Part shown: positions 47,552 to 57,694 of the stretch, piece after piece | Numbering within the stretch: the stretch's first letter is position 1 | Layout of the letters: each line of letters starts with the position of its first letter | Source: an uncultured delta proteobacterium | GTDB taxonomy: Bacteria > Desulfobacterota > Binatia > HRBIN30 > BPIQ01 | Direction of reading: 5' to 3' | Length of the DNA stretch: 64,000 nucleotides | Assembly (NCBI GenBank): GCA_963761335.1 | Contig: CAVXGR010000005.1 | Coordinates: forward strand, 160,001-224,000 | The notes under the pieces: generated by a model | The model's database searches: none | The model's input: the letters and a program-made list of their open reading frames with translations, nothing else | What the model was told of the DNA's origin: nothing | Translations under genes and position numbers: made by a program

Positions 47552-49318
47552 CTAATCGCCCACGCCGCGCCAGAAAGCGCATTCGCTCTCCTTGGCGTTG
47601 GTCGCCGTGCCGAGAACGCGGTGGAGAACCAGATAGCGGCCGTCCTCGTTCAGCCGCGGCCAGCTCGGGGCGCCGCCGCCGTTGGGATCGCCGCTCGCCG
47701 CGAAGCGCGTCCAGTAGCCGATCATCTGGTGCGACAGCTCCGTCTGCTCGGGGGTGAACGGGTCGCGGGCCGGTATGCCGAAGACGAACTGGACCTCAGC
47801 GGAGTGGAAAGCGCCGAGGTCGAAGCTCGACGGGAACGGAATGGGGAACTGGGCGTCAGGATAGTTGAACTGGTACAGGTAGGTCGGCGCGTAGGGCGCC
47901 AGCAGGTCGGCGGTGTCGATCGTCGGGCAGGCCAGGAAGCCGTCGCCGAAGGCGGCGGCGAGAGCTGCGCCCGGCACGGCATAGGCGTCGAGTGGGTAAC
48001 GGGCCGCGACCGCGTCGACGGCGCCATCGGGGACGAAGTGCGCCAGCGCCTGGCGATACTGGTCGGCGGCGAGCGGGCTGCCGAGCTCGTCGAACGCCTG
48101 TGCCACGAACAGCGTTCCCTCGTCGCGATTCGAGCCGATGAGCAGCGGCACCCGATTGAGCTCGCCGGCGCGGAAGAGGTCCTCGAGCGGCTGCGGAATG
48201 ACGTCACCGTCGACCACCGGGAACCAGCTCCCGTGCTCGCCGGCACCGAAGACGACGTTGGGGTTCGGTGGCAGGGTGGTGATCACCTGATCGGCGGGCG
48301 CGGCGCGCATGCAGGCGAGCACGTCGGCGGTGTCGCCGCAACCGAGCATCTCGGCGAAGCGCTGTCCCTGGGCCTCGGCCTCGGCGAGGTCGGAGAGCGG
48401 TCGCACGCACAGGCCGCTCTCGACGATGGCGCGTTGGAAGAGCCCGTCAGCCGCCGGCGAGGCGAGCAGGATGCAGACGCTCCAGCCGCCGGCCGACTCG
48501 CCGAAGATGGTGACCTTGTGCGGATCGCCGCCGAAGGCGGCGATGTTGCGCTGCACCCACTCGAGGGCGGCGATCTGATCCTCGATGCCGAAGTTGCCCG
48601 AGCCCGGATGGGCGGGATTCTCGGCGGAGAGCGCTGGGTGGGCGAGATAGCCGAGCTGCCCCAGACGGTAGTTGAGGGTGACGACGATCGCGCCGCGGTC
48701 GGCCGCGATGACGTCGCCCTCGGTGCTGCCGGTGATCTGGCGGCCGTCGTTGGCGTCGAAGGCGCCGCCGTGAATCCACACCATCACCGGCGCCGGCGCG
48801 GCCGGCGGCGGATCAGGAGTGACGACGTTCGCCACCAGGCAATCCTCCGCGCCGGCGAAGGCGTTGGCGAAGGGGAGCACCTGCGGGCAGAAGGCCGAAG
48901 GTTTGCTCGCGTCGCGCACCTCCGTCCAGGGTTCCGGCGGCACCGGCGGGCGCCAGCGCCGCTCGCCGACGGGTGGCGCCGCGTAGGGGATGCCGAGGAA
49001 GCGGCGCACGCCCAGACCGGCGATGCCGCGCACCAGGCCGTCGTCGGTGCGCACCAGCAAGGCGTCGCCGACGGCGGTCCCGGTCGCGGTTGGCGAAACC
49101 GCGGCGGTTGCGGTGGGAGTGAACGCCGGCGGGGTCCTCGATGGCACCTCGCTCGCGGTGATTGTAGCGACGGGCGTCGGGCTCGCCGGTGCAGTCGCCG
49201 CCTCCTCATCGCAGCCCCACAGAAGCAGGCCCGCCAACGCCGCGCAGGTTGTCCGCGCCACCGTTCGCCTCAGGCACATCGCTCCGCTCGCGTCTTTCCC
49301 GTCTCGCTTCCCTGCCAC
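47552..49318 (-). CDS. Type-B carboxylesterase lipoprotein
   Basis: 'FLGIPYAAPP', 'WIHGG', 'FGESAGG', 'AFHSAEV'; lipobox 'LLWGC'; start may be slightly downstream. Confidence 0.93.
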   Translation of the reverse strand: MAGKRDGKDASGAMCLRRTVARTTCAALAGLLLWGCDEEAATAPASPTPVATITASEVPSRTPPAFTPTATAAVSPTATGTAVGDALLVRTDDGLVRGIAGLGVRRFLGIPYAAPPVGERRWRPPVPPEPWTEVRDASKPSAFCPQVLPFANAFAGAEDCLVANVVTPDPPPAAPAPVMVWIHGGAFDANDGRQITGSTEGDVIAADRGAIVVTLNYRLGQLGYLAHPALSAENPAHPGSGNFGIEDQIAALEWVQRNIAAFGGDPHKVTIFGESAGGWSVCILLASPAADGLFQRAIVESGLCVRPLSDLAEAEAQGQRFAEMLGCGDTADVLACMRAAPADQVITTLPPNPNVVFGAGEHGSWFPVVDGDVIPQPLEDLFRAGELNRVPLLIGSNRDEGTLFVAQAFDELGSPLAADQYRQALAHFVPDGAVDAVAARYPLDAYAVPGAALAAAFGDGFLACPTIDTADLLAPYAPTYLYQFNYPDAQFPIPFPSSFDLGAFHSAEVQFVFGIPARDPFTPEQTELSHQMIGYWTRFAASGDPNGGGAPSWPRLNEDGRYLVLHRVLGTATNAKESECAFWRGVGD

Positions 49319-49417
49319 CCCAATTCGAAGACCACAACGCGGTAGCGTTTCGCAAGCTGGGCCGGGATGGAAGTGAATGCCGGGCGGAGTAGTATCGGGG
49401 GAAGAGGAGAGGCAGCC

Positions 49418-50080
49418 ATGCGAATCTTCGTCACCGGCGGCTCGGGGGTCCTGGGCCGGGTCGCGTTGCCCTTGCTACGCGAGGCCGGCCACCAAATCGA
49501 GGCCCCCGGGCATGAGCAGCTCGACCTGTTCGATGCGGATGCGGTGAAGGCGGCGGTGAGCGGGATCGACGCGATCTTTCACCTGGCGACGCGCATCCCG
49601 GCGCGCGAGTCCCAGGCCGACCCGCGGGCGTGGAGAGAGAACGACCGCCTGCGCCGTGAAGCCACGAGAACCCTCGTCGACGCGGCGCTCGCGAGCGGGG
49701 TGGAGGGCTTTGTCTTCCCGAGCATCGCCTTCATCTACCCGGCGTCAGGGCCGGTCGACGAGTCGACGCCATTGGCCGAAGACTGTCTCGCCGCGGCCCG
49801 TTCGGCGATCGATGCCGAGTGCCAGGTGGCGCGTTTCGCCGAGAGCGGCCGCCGGGGTGTGGTTGTGCGCCTCGGGCTGCTCTACGGTCCGGGAACGGGA
49901 AGCGACCGACCGGCGCCGCGCTATGCCGCCTTTGGCGCAACCCTGCAGATCGAAGACGCCGGCCGAGCCCTGGCGGCAGCGCTCCAGGTTCCCAGCGGGG
50001 TCTACAACGTCGTCCGCGACGGCGAGCGGGTATCCAACGCGCGCTTCAAGCAGGCCACGGGTTGGTGCCCGAAATACTGA
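49418..50080 (+). CDS. NAD-dependent epimerase/dehydratase family protein
   Basis: 'MRIFVTGGSGVLG', 'HLAT.IP', 'RLGLLYGPG'. Confidence 0.85.
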   Translation: MRIFVTGGSGVLGRVALPLLREAGHQIEAPGHEQLDLFDADAVKAAVSGIDAIFHLATRIPARESQADPRAWRENDRLRREATRTLVDAALASGVEGFVFPSIAFIYPASGPVDESTPLAEDCLAAARSAIDAECQVARFAESGRRGVVVRLGLLYGPGTGSDRPAPRYAAFGATLQIEDAGRALAAALQVPSGVYNVVRDGERVSNARFKQATGWCPKY

Positions 50081-50097
50081 GCCGTCGTCATCGGCCT

Positions 50098-52479
50098 TCA
50101 GCGAGCCGAATCTATAGCCTTCGCCTTGGCGAATTGGTCCGCAGCCGCATCCATTTTGCCGAGCCGGCGGAGGACGACCCCCAGGGCGTTGTGCGTGGCG
50201 GCGCTCGGCTTCTCGGCGAGCGAGCGCTCGTAGTAGTGCTCCGCTTCTTCGAGCTTCCCCTGCTGCGCCAGCGCCTCGGCAAGGTTGTTGTAGGCGGGCG
50301 TGAACTTCGCGTCGGCCTCGATCGCCTTGCGAAACTCGGCAACCGCCTCATCCGCACGGCCTTGGCGGGCGAGAACGTATCCCAAGCCGTTGTGGGTCTC
50401 GGCGGAGGGCTTTCCCAGGAGCGCCTGGCGGTAATGGGACTCGGCCTCTCCGAGCTTCCCCTCCTGCACCGAGGCAACCGCCAGGTTGTAGTGCGCCGAC
50501 GCGCACTTCGGATCCAGCTCGAGCGCTTTCTGGTACTCCGCCAGCGCCCCCTGCTGGTTGCCCAAGCGCGCCATGACGAATCCGAGGTCGCTGTAGATCT
50601 CCGCCCGGGGATCGAGCTCGAGTGATCTCTTGAAGTGCTTGGCCGCGTCGTCGAGCTGCCCGAGCTCCACCAGCGCCAAGGCCAGGTTGTTGTGCGTCTT
50701 GGCGTGATTGGGATCCGTCTTCAGGGCGCGGTTGTATTCCATCACCGCCGCCGCGGTCTTCCCTTCCTGGAACAGCGTCCATCCCAACGCGTTGCGCAGC
50801 TCGACGTCGTCGGGAGCCAGCTTCAGCCCGCGCCGATAGGCGCGCTCCGCTCCCTCGTGGTTCCCGGTATTCTCGTTGGCCAGTCCGGCGCGCAGGAACG
50901 AGTAGGGGTCGAGGAACTGCTCGCGAATGTCCGCGATGGCGTCTCCGGGGAGCTTCACGAACTCCGGAATGTTCGCGGCCCGATCCGGCGAGGTGAAGCG
51001 CTCGAGCAGAACCGGGGGGGTGTCGTCCCCGTTCTCGTCGATGTGGGTGAGAAACAGCTGCGTGTAAGGCGTATTCACCTTCGAGGAGAACACCAGCCAG
51101 CGGCTGTTGGACGACCAGCTGTGCCAGGAGTTCATGCGTGCGGTGTTGTAGCGAAGGCGTCTGGCGACGCCGCCCTCGGCCGGTATGATGTACAGCTCGC
51201 TGTCGGGCTGCAGCAGCATGTAGCTCTTGGCCTTGCAGAAGACGATCCACTTGCCGTCGGGCGAGTACTTCGGAAAGAAGTTACTCATCCCGTTGTCGGC
51301 GGCACCTCGCAGCGGCTCCGGCGTTCCCCCCTTGCCGTCGTTGAACGGGATCCGGTACAGGTCGTAGCGAAACGGCTTCTTGTCGACGGTGAACTCGGGG
51401 ACGTCCTTGGTGTCGACCAGGACGCTGTTCTGCTGCTCGAGGCGCTTCGCGTGATAGGCCTTCGCCCGGGCGAAGACGATCGTCTTGCCGTCGGGGCTCC
51501 ATACCGCGTCGGTCTGCACGTAGTTCGGGTCGTCGGCTCCCGGCAACGCCGTGAACTTCTTCGTCTCCCGGTCGTAGACGACGAGAATGCCCTTGATGGG
51601 GAAGAAGAGCTGCGAGAACATGATGTCGGGCATGGCGACGAACACGGAGCGGTCCTTGACCGTGCTGATCACGTACCGTCCGGTCGGCGAGACGCGCGAC
51701 AACAGCCCGAAGGTGAGCTCGCCGTCACTGCGCTTGTAGTCGGACCAGGTGATGATCTTGGCGTCGTCCAACACCATGTGCGCCGACACCGGCAGGATGG
51801 CATAGGCGCCCTTGTCGTTGCCGTAGTCGACGTCGAGCCCGAGAGTGCTGCCGTTATCCGCGAAAGAATGACAGTTGCCGCACACCGGCAGGTTCTGCAG
51901 CACGATCGGCGGGCCGGACTGCGAGTCGATGGTCCCGAAGCGCCAGCGGATACGGGAAGGATCCTGCACCGCCTTTAGAAACGGCAGCGGAACCTCTCGA
52001 TAGAAGAGGGAGTCGCCGACCGGATCCGCCGACGTGCGGATGTGCACAAGCGCCGACGAGGAGACGGTGGCTTGCTTCGTTCGGCCGGCGCCTGCGACCG
52101 TCACCTCGGCGTCGCGCTCCCTGCTCTGCTGCTTGATATGCCTCCAGGTGTCCTCCGAAGGTCTCCATCGCGGCGCGTCGACCGAGGCCGTCGCCAGGTC
52201 GGCACCGGTGGCATCGCGAACCACCACGTTCCAGCGGCCGGCGCCGCCCGTGGTGTCCTCCCACACGAAGGTGGGGGCGACGCTCTCCGGGGGAAACAGC
52301 GTCCCATCCGCCGGATAGGTGATCCGCAGCCGTCGTTCGCTGGCTGCGGCGGTGGCCGGCGCGACGGCGGCGATCTCCTGGGCGCCGAGAACGCGATCGG
52401 AGCCGTCGATGAAGAGGCTCGCGGCGAGCGCCGCCACGACGACGGCGCCGATCACGAGCGAACGACGAAGCCGCGGCAT
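50098..52479 (-). CDS. Secreted TolB/PD40 beta-propeller + TPR protein with CxxCH motif
   Basis: 'CGNCH'; PD40 'WSPDGKTIVF', 'YSPDGKWIVF'; C-terminal TPRs. Confidence 0.85.
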   Translation of the reverse strand: MPRLRRSLVIGAVVVAALAASLFIDGSDRVLGAQEIAAVAPATAAASERRLRITYPADGTLFPPESVAPTFVWEDTTGGAGRWNVVVRDATGADLATASVDAPRWRPSEDTWRHIKQQSRERDAEVTVAGAGRTKQATVSSSALVHIRTSADPVGDSLFYREVPLPFLKAVQDPSRIRWRFGTIDSQSGPPIVLQNLPVCGNCHSFADNGSTLGLDVDYGNDKGAYAILPVSAHMVLDDAKIITWSDYKRSDGELTFGLLSRVSPTGRYVISTVKDRSVFVAMPDIMFSQLFFPIKGILVVYDRETKKFTALPGADDPNYVQTDAVWSPDGKTIVFARAKAYHAKRLEQQNSVLVDTKDVPEFTVDKKPFRYDLYRIPFNDGKGGTPEPLRGAADNGMSNFFPKYSPDGKWIVFCKAKSYMLLQPDSELYIIPAEGGVARRLRYNTARMNSWHSWSSNSRWLVFSSKVNTPYTQLFLTHIDENGDDTPPVLLERFTSPDRAANIPEFVKLPGDAIADIREQFLDPYSFLRAGLANENTGNHEGAERAYRRGLKLAPDDVELRNALGWTLFQEGKTAAAVMEYNRALKTDPNHAKTHNNLALALVELGQLDDAAKHFKRSLELDPRAEIYSDLGFVMARLGNQQGALAEYQKALELDPKCASAHYNLAVASVQEGKLGEAESHYRQALLGKPSAETHNGLGYVLARQGRADEAVAEFRKAIEADAKFTPAYNNLAEALAQQGKLEEAEHYYERSLAEKPSAATHNALGVVLRRLGKMDAAADQFAKAKAIDSAR

Positions 52480-52488
52480 ATTCCCCGA

Positions 52489-53754
52489 TTACGCTCCTGC
52501 CGTTGCGGGAGGAAGCATGGCGACGGCTTCCGCTTCACAGAGAAGCTCGGGCCGGCACAGCGCGGTCTGGACGAGCGCGCACGGAAAGCCGTCGAAGCCG
52601 CGCTCGCGGCACATCGAGCGCAGCACCGGCGCGTCGCTGGAGTTCCTCACATAAATGAGCCCGGAGACCAGGTTCTCGAAGATGGCGCCCTGCTGGGCGA
52701 GCAGCGAGGCGATGTTGTGCAGCATGCGATCGACCTGAGCCTCGAAGTTACCCACGTGAACGGTTCGTCCGGCTTCGTCGATGCTCGCGGTTCCGGAGAC
52801 GTAGAGCGTCACCTTGTTGGCCTCGGCCAGCCTCAGGCCGCGCGAGAAATCCACGCCGTAGCTCCACGCCTCGTTGAGAGACGGCGTCGACATCAGGGTG
52901 ACGTCGAGCGGCCGGCGCGACTTCACCGCGTGGAGACTCATGGAGAAATCGTGCGCCTCGGGAAACGGTATGCCTTGGACGCCGGTGCTGGCGGGCCTGG
53001 GCTCGATGCCGCGCTGCCGGAAGAACTGGCGTCGGGCTCTGTTGAGAGCGTCGTAGTCGCGGTCGATGTCGCGCAGGTGGATCCAGGTGCGAACCACGTT
53101 GCGGAACCCCATGTCGCACTGCTCGAGCAGGCGTTCCGCCGCGCAGAACATCTCCCAGGCCCGTTCGAACGCATCGCCGCCGCCAGCGCCGTAGACGTTG
53201 GTCGTGTGGAGCGATACCTGGTCGCCGAGGCGAACGAGTCGCGCCCCGGATCGCCCGCATCCCTCACAGGCGCACGACGGCGACACCCGCAAGTCGCGCA
53301 CCCACCAGGCGTCGCGATGGCGGGGGACCACGGCCCACGCTGAGAGCTCGAAGCTTGCGCCCGGGCCGACGGGCGCCTGCTGGATGAACGCGGGTGGCGG
53401 CGCGCCGGCGCCTTGGCCGAGGCTCGCGAGGATCCGCGCCCGGACGTCGAGTACCCGCGGAAGATCGCGCCGGACGTCGCGCAGGAAGAGCGTCTCGCGG
53501 GTGACGTCTCGAAACGACGACTGGTGGGCGGCGAGAGTCTCCGCCAACGCCCGGTAGGCCGCGTCGGCCTGGTGCACCGTATCCGGCGATTGGCCCTCCG
53601 AGCGGCAGAGGATGGCGAGCTCGTCCGCCTGCGGGCCGGCGAATCGCCGGATAGTCGCCGGGCAGGCGTCCGGGTACGCCACGTCACCTCCGGGGCGACG
53701 TGGCGATTGCGCTCCGAGCGCCTCCCCGACCGCCGGCGCCGGCTCTAGCTGCAT
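52489..53754 (-). CDS. Double YjgF/RidA-fold protein (chorismatase FkbO/Hyg5-like)
   Basis: 'VVRTWIHLRDI...Y..LN.AR', 'PASTG', 'FSRG', 'YVSGTASID..G', 'CRPELLCEAE'; start uncertain. Confidence 0.75.
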   Translation of the reverse strand: MQLEPAPAVGEALGAQSPRRPGGDVAYPDACPATIRRFAGPQADELAILCRSEGQSPDTVHQADAAYRALAETLAAHQSSFRDVTRETLFLRDVRRDLPRVLDVRARILASLGQGAGAPPPAFIQQAPVGPGASFELSAWAVVPRHRDAWWVRDLRVSPSCACEGCGRSGARLVRLGDQVSLHTTNVYGAGGGDAFERAWEMFCAAERLLEQCDMGFRNVVRTWIHLRDIDRDYDALNRARRQFFRQRGIEPRPASTGVQGIPFPEAHDFSMSLHAVKSRRPLDVTLMSTPSLNEAWSYGVDFSRGLRLAEANKVTLYVSGTASIDEAGRTVHVGNFEAQVDRMLHNIASLLAQQGAIFENLVSGLIYVRNSSDAPVLRSMCRERGFDGFPCALVQTALCRPELLCEAEAVAMLPPATAGA

Positions 53755-54902
53755 GCGGGGAGCGGGTCGGGGATCGTCAGGGGAAGCAGGGGCGGAGTGT
53801 TGTCGATCGTGTTGTCGCTGAAGCAATTTGTGGTTCCCTGGCCTGAAGTGATCATCAACAGGTCCGCTGCGAAGGGCTGGAACGGTCCCTCAGGAGGGGC
53901 GCCGTGGTTGTTGGCCAGGGCGTTCCCGACCACCTGGTTGTTCTCCGGTGCGGTATCGGCGACCTCCGGCGGATTCGCTCCGCAGTCGAAGTCGGTTCCC
54001 GCCACGGCGAGGCAGTAATCGACGACGCCGACTCCGAAGAAGTCGTTGTTCTCGATGCGGTTGTTCTGCAGGTCGACGTGGTCGACGCCGAGCAGCAAGA
54101 TGCCGCCGCCGTACGGCAGCTGCGAAGTCTCCGATCCCTCGGACGCCGTGTTGGGCGCATTGTTGTCGTGCACGTAGTTGTCGATGATGTGCCAGTAGCC
54201 GTTCTTGTCGAGCGGCTGGAGCGGCGGCAGCCCCGCCGTCGCGGGGTGGTAGAGGCCGATTCCGATGGTGTTGTCGTGGATTTCGTTCGTCTGCACGGTG
54301 ATCTCGTTGGAGACCGTGATCTCGAGGCCCGTCGGGCTGTCGTGGAGGTTGTTGTCGACCACGCGGACGTTCTCGGAGGCTTCGACCCACATGGCGCTGT
54401 CCTGCGAGCCATAGGCGACGTTGTTCTTCACCAGGCCGTTCGCGGAGAGGGTCGGCCAGATTCCGTTTTCCAGGTTGTCGATCGACTCGTTGTTCTCGAT
54501 CGTGAAGTTCTTCACGTGGCGGAGCCAGATGCCCATGTTGGAGAAGCCCTGCACGGTGAAGCCGGTGATGGTGAGGCCGTCGATGTCCGGGTCGCCTTCG
54601 TTGGCGGGCTCGACGAGGATGCCGTGGTTCTGCCCCGGGCCCGGGAGGATGCGGACCTTGGCATCCGGCTGGCTGGCGGCGATCAGGTTGAGAGACTTGG
54701 TGACGTGCACTGCGGCCGTACCCGAGTGCGTCTCGGTGTAGATGCCCGGCATCACGGTGATCGTGTCGCCCGGTGCCGCGGCGTCGACGGCATCCTGAAT
54801 CGACTCTCCCGGGTGGACGACCGAGCCGACCGTGTCGTTGGAGTCACCACAGCCAACGGCCAGAAGCAGAACCGCACACATCGTCAGTCGAGCGAATTTC
54901 AT
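53745..54902 (-). CDS. Right-handed parallel beta-helix repeat lipoprotein (paralog of 102-1265)
   Basis: 'LLAVGC', 'VHPGESIQDAVDAAAPGDTI', 'DNYVHDNNAPNTA'. Confidence 0.82.
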   Translation of the reverse strand: MKFARLTMCAVLLLAVGCGDSNDTVGSVVHPGESIQDAVDAAAPGDTITVMPGIYTETHSGTAAVHVTKSLNLIAASQPDAKVRILPGPGQNHGILVEPANEGDPDIDGLTITGFTVQGFSNMGIWLRHVKNFTIENNESIDNLENGIWPTLSANGLVKNNVAYGSQDSAMWVEASENVRVVDNNLHDSPTGLEITVSNEITVQTNEIHDNTIGIGLYHPATAGLPPLQPLDKNGYWHIIDNYVHDNNAPNTASEGSETSQLPYGGGILLLGVDHVDLQNNRIENNDFFGVGVVDYCLAVAGTDFDCGANPPEVADTAPENNQVVGNALANNHGAPPEGPFQPFAADLLMITSGQGTTNCFSDNTIDNTPPLLPLTIPDPLPACS

Positions 54903-54967
54903 GAATCGTCCTCCCCCTCGCGCATCGAAGCCGCCTTGCTGGAAGGCGTAGCCTATACGGTGCGAGC

Positions 54968-55302
54968 AGGTCAAGGCGCATCATCATCTCTCCTTTTGAA
55001 GGCCGGCAGCAGATCGACCACCGCGTCCGGCTCGGTCTCTCCGAGCGCGGCGTGGTGCGCTGCGCCCAGGGCGGCTGTGGGCGCGGAGCTTTCGACGGGC
55101 CTCAGCCGGGCGCCCACTCAGGGTGCCAGAGGCTGTCTCAATACCCGGGCAAAACGATTCCGCCGGCCCGCAGGCCAAGGTAGAAGCGGCGTCTCGCCGC
55201 TTCGGAAAGCGCCGGGACGGCGCTTCTACTCCAAGGGAGTGAGCGGGGTCTCTGCAACCGTGGTGTGTACCTCGCGCTGACGTGAAGGCGATTGCCCGCG
55301 GC
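54968..55302. repeat. Direct repeat copy 1 (contains family A REPIN at 55180-55229)
   Basis: Aligns by eye with 60595-60983 from AGGTCAAGGCGCATCATCAT to TGACGTGAAGG.GATTGCC. Confidence 0.88.
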
Positions 55303-55476
55303 CGCCGCCGCGGCAGTTCAAAGGGCGCTGAGGTGAGGCCCGGAGCCAGGTGGCACAGGCACTCGCCGCAATACCCCGAGACTGCACGTGCCAGATCGCC
55401 AAACGGGCGCGATCGCTCGCTGGCATGGGGTGACACGCGGGACAGCCAATCCGGTGCCCCGACTCGCCCGTACGCC

Positions 55477-57120
55477 TCAGGGACGAAGGTCGATTGCCGT
55501 TCTGCCAGGCACCTGGGATTCGCCGCTCCTCGTCGCACCGGTCGAATCGCTACGCCCAGGCCACTGACCGCTCCAGAACCATACGTTGACGGAGAAACGG
55601 CTGTCGGCGAAGGCGTCGGTCGCGCGATGTACGGGCCGCACCTCATGCAGGAGGTCGCTCGCGAAGAACACGGCGGTGTTGTCGGCTGGCCGAACCGAAA
55701 GGCGAGCGCCCGCGCTCACCAAGCCGCCATCGAGCGCTGCCGTATCGTGGAGTATGAGCTCGCCGCCCGAGAATCGGCGCGGCGAGGCGTGCATGTAGTA
55801 GATGCAGGTGAGCGCTCGACCAGCTACCGATGGGCGGCCGTTGTCTGTGTGGGCGGCGAAGAACCCATCCTCCTCATGCACGACCAGCTGCACCTCCGCC
55901 TTTGCGAGCGGGAACCACGCGAGCCCCATCTCCCGTCGCACGTGGGGCAGAAGCCGGCGCAGGCGATGCTCCAGCGGCCTCAGCACCTCGGATACATCGA
56001 AGACGGTGCCCGACCTCCGGACGACGGGATCGAGATTGGCCGTGTCGTTGTCTCCCATCACGGCGCTGGCCTCGAATTCTGCCTCTTGCGTTTGCGCGTA
56101 GGCCAGGAGTTGGGCGTGCTCGCCGGGCTCGAGAACATCCTCGATCACCATACATTTCGCGCGAGTCACATCGGTTGGAGGGAACCCGCTCTTTGCCCGC
56201 AACAATGACGCCCGCCCCAACAGTCGTGTTGCTCGAAGGTCTCGTTCCTCCGCCAACGATGGAGTGTCGAGCAGGCCGTCGACGAGATCGAGAAGGTGCG
56301 GCGCCACGATTTCGGCATCCGGTCGCATTCCTTCAAGGGTGACGACGCCTTTGCCCAGCCGTGCCGCAATGCGCAGGGTGCGCTCCGGCTCGCTCTTGGC
56401 CAAGATCGTATTGTCGATAATCGGCAACACAGCGCGCACGCCGGTGATCTTCGCCGGATTCCAGCAGGCACCCTTTTGAAAAGGGGCGGAGACGACCAGC
56501 GAAATCGGCAGCGGTGTTTGCCCCGGCGGCGATTCCATCCTCAAGAGGTGCCTAACCCCATCCGCTGCGGCACGTAGCATCGGGGACCTCGCGTACGGAT
56601 GAACCAGTCCATCGTCGTCGAGGACGGCGAACTCGTCCGAGTAATAGGTAGCGCCACGTCGCACGAGCTCGGCGACCAGTGTAGACTTTCCCGTCATGCT
56701 TCGGCCGGCAACGAGGATTGCGCGTCCCCGCCAGCCCACCACCCCCGCATGGACGAACAGCCCTTCCCGTGATCGCCGGGCGATCACGCCGTCGACGTTA
56801 CCGCAGACCCATTGCGTGACTTCGGAGGGCAACGCTGAGCGGAACAGAGAGTCGCCATCACGGAGCACCTCGTATTCCGGTAGCGTCAGCGTCGCCGTAT
56901 CGGAGCACCGAATGACGTAGCAAACCGTTTCCACGCCGGACTTCTCTTGAGGAAGACTCGGGGGCAGATAGTTCGACAGCTCTACGCAGAACCCCGCGTC
57001 GGCGTCATCGACGATCCGGACACAGACCCCATTCCTCGCAAGCACGAGCTCGCGGCCACTGTCCTCCGCGCTGCCAGCGAAGAGCGCCGGGGCGCCGGCA
57101 GCGCTTTCGGCGCGCTCCAC
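55477..57120 (-). CDS. HPr kinase-like domain fused to prolyl-4-hydroxylase-like 2OG-Fe(II) oxygenase
   Basis: 'FVHAGVVGWRGRAILVAGRSMTGKSTL...YYSDE'; C-term 'FFAAHTD', 'FSGGEL', 'LLHEVRPV', 'SRFSVNVW' (HxD...H...R). Confidence 0.85.
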   Translation of the reverse strand: MERAESAAGAPALFAGSAEDSGRELVLARNGVCVRIVDDADAGFCVELSNYLPPSLPQEKSGVETVCYVIRCSDTATLTLPEYEVLRDGDSLFRSALPSEVTQWVCGNVDGVIARRSREGLFVHAGVVGWRGRAILVAGRSMTGKSTLVAELVRRGATYYSDEFAVLDDDGLVHPYARSPMLRAAADGVRHLLRMESPPGQTPLPISLVVSAPFQKGACWNPAKITGVRAVLPIIDNTILAKSEPERTLRIAARLGKGVVTLEGMRPDAEIVAPHLLDLVDGLLDTPSLAEERDLRATRLLGRASLLRAKSGFPPTDVTRAKCMVIEDVLEPGEHAQLLAYAQTQEAEFEASAVMGDNDTANLDPVVRRSGTVFDVSEVLRPLEHRLRRLLPHVRREMGLAWFPLAKAEVQLVVHEEDGFFAAHTDNGRPSVAGRALTCIYYMHASPRRFSGGELILHDTAALDGGLVSAGARLSVRPADNTAVFFASDLLHEVRPVHRATDAFADSRFSVNVWFWSGQWPGRSDSTGATRSGESQVPGRTAIDLRP

Positions 57121-57123
57121 GGC

Positions 57124-57567
57124 TTACGTAGTGGGGGGCGGGGATGGCGGCTTGGTTGCCGGCGACATCGTCGTCGGCGGGGGCGGCAGCGGCTCTCCCG
57201 CTGAGGCAGCAGGCATGAGGATGGTCTCGACGACGGGAAGCAGGGCGACGGCAGCGACGGGCAATGCCAGGCGGCGGATGATCGACCGGCGCGTGATGCC
57301 CGGCCGTGCCACGTCCTCGACTACGACCAACCCTGCGTCGACGAGCTCTGTAAGAGCCAGATCGATGATGCTTTCGTCGACGGGGAGACTCGTTCGGCGC
57401 GCAACCTCATCCGCCATCTGATTTCTGGTCATGACGCCGTCGCACAGGTCGAAAATGATAGCGGCAGCCTCATTGAGAGCGTGAGCCTCATTAGCCTCCT
57501 TCCGAAGCACCAGAAGCTCGTCGTCTGTCCGTTCAATCACGAGACCATCGACCCGTCGGGCAATCAT
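57124..57567 (-). CDS. PqqD/RRE domain protein fused to twin-arginine-like leader and Pro/Thr-rich tail (putative precursor)
   Basis: RRE 'DELLVL...EAHALNEAAAIIFDLCDG...LTELVDAGLV'; then 'ITRRSIIRRL...LPVVETILMPAASA-GEPLPPPPTTMSPATKPPSPPPTT'; strong RBS before ATG 57567. Confidence 0.85.
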   Translation of the reverse strand: MIARRVDGLVIERTDDELLVLRKEANEAHALNEAAAIIFDLCDGVMTRNQMADEVARRTSLPVDESIIDLALTELVDAGLVVVEDVARPGITRRSIIRRLALPVAAVALLPVVETILMPAASAGEPLPPPPTTMSPATKPPSPPPTT

Positions 57568-57694
57568 ACTCCCTTCCTTCACCTCAGCGTCCGCAGGTGG
57601 ATGCATTACGGACAACGCTTTGTACCCAAACAGTCGTCAGTCTCTTTGTCTGCGACCGTTACCGGAGCCGTCTTACGAACCGCACAATCCAATG

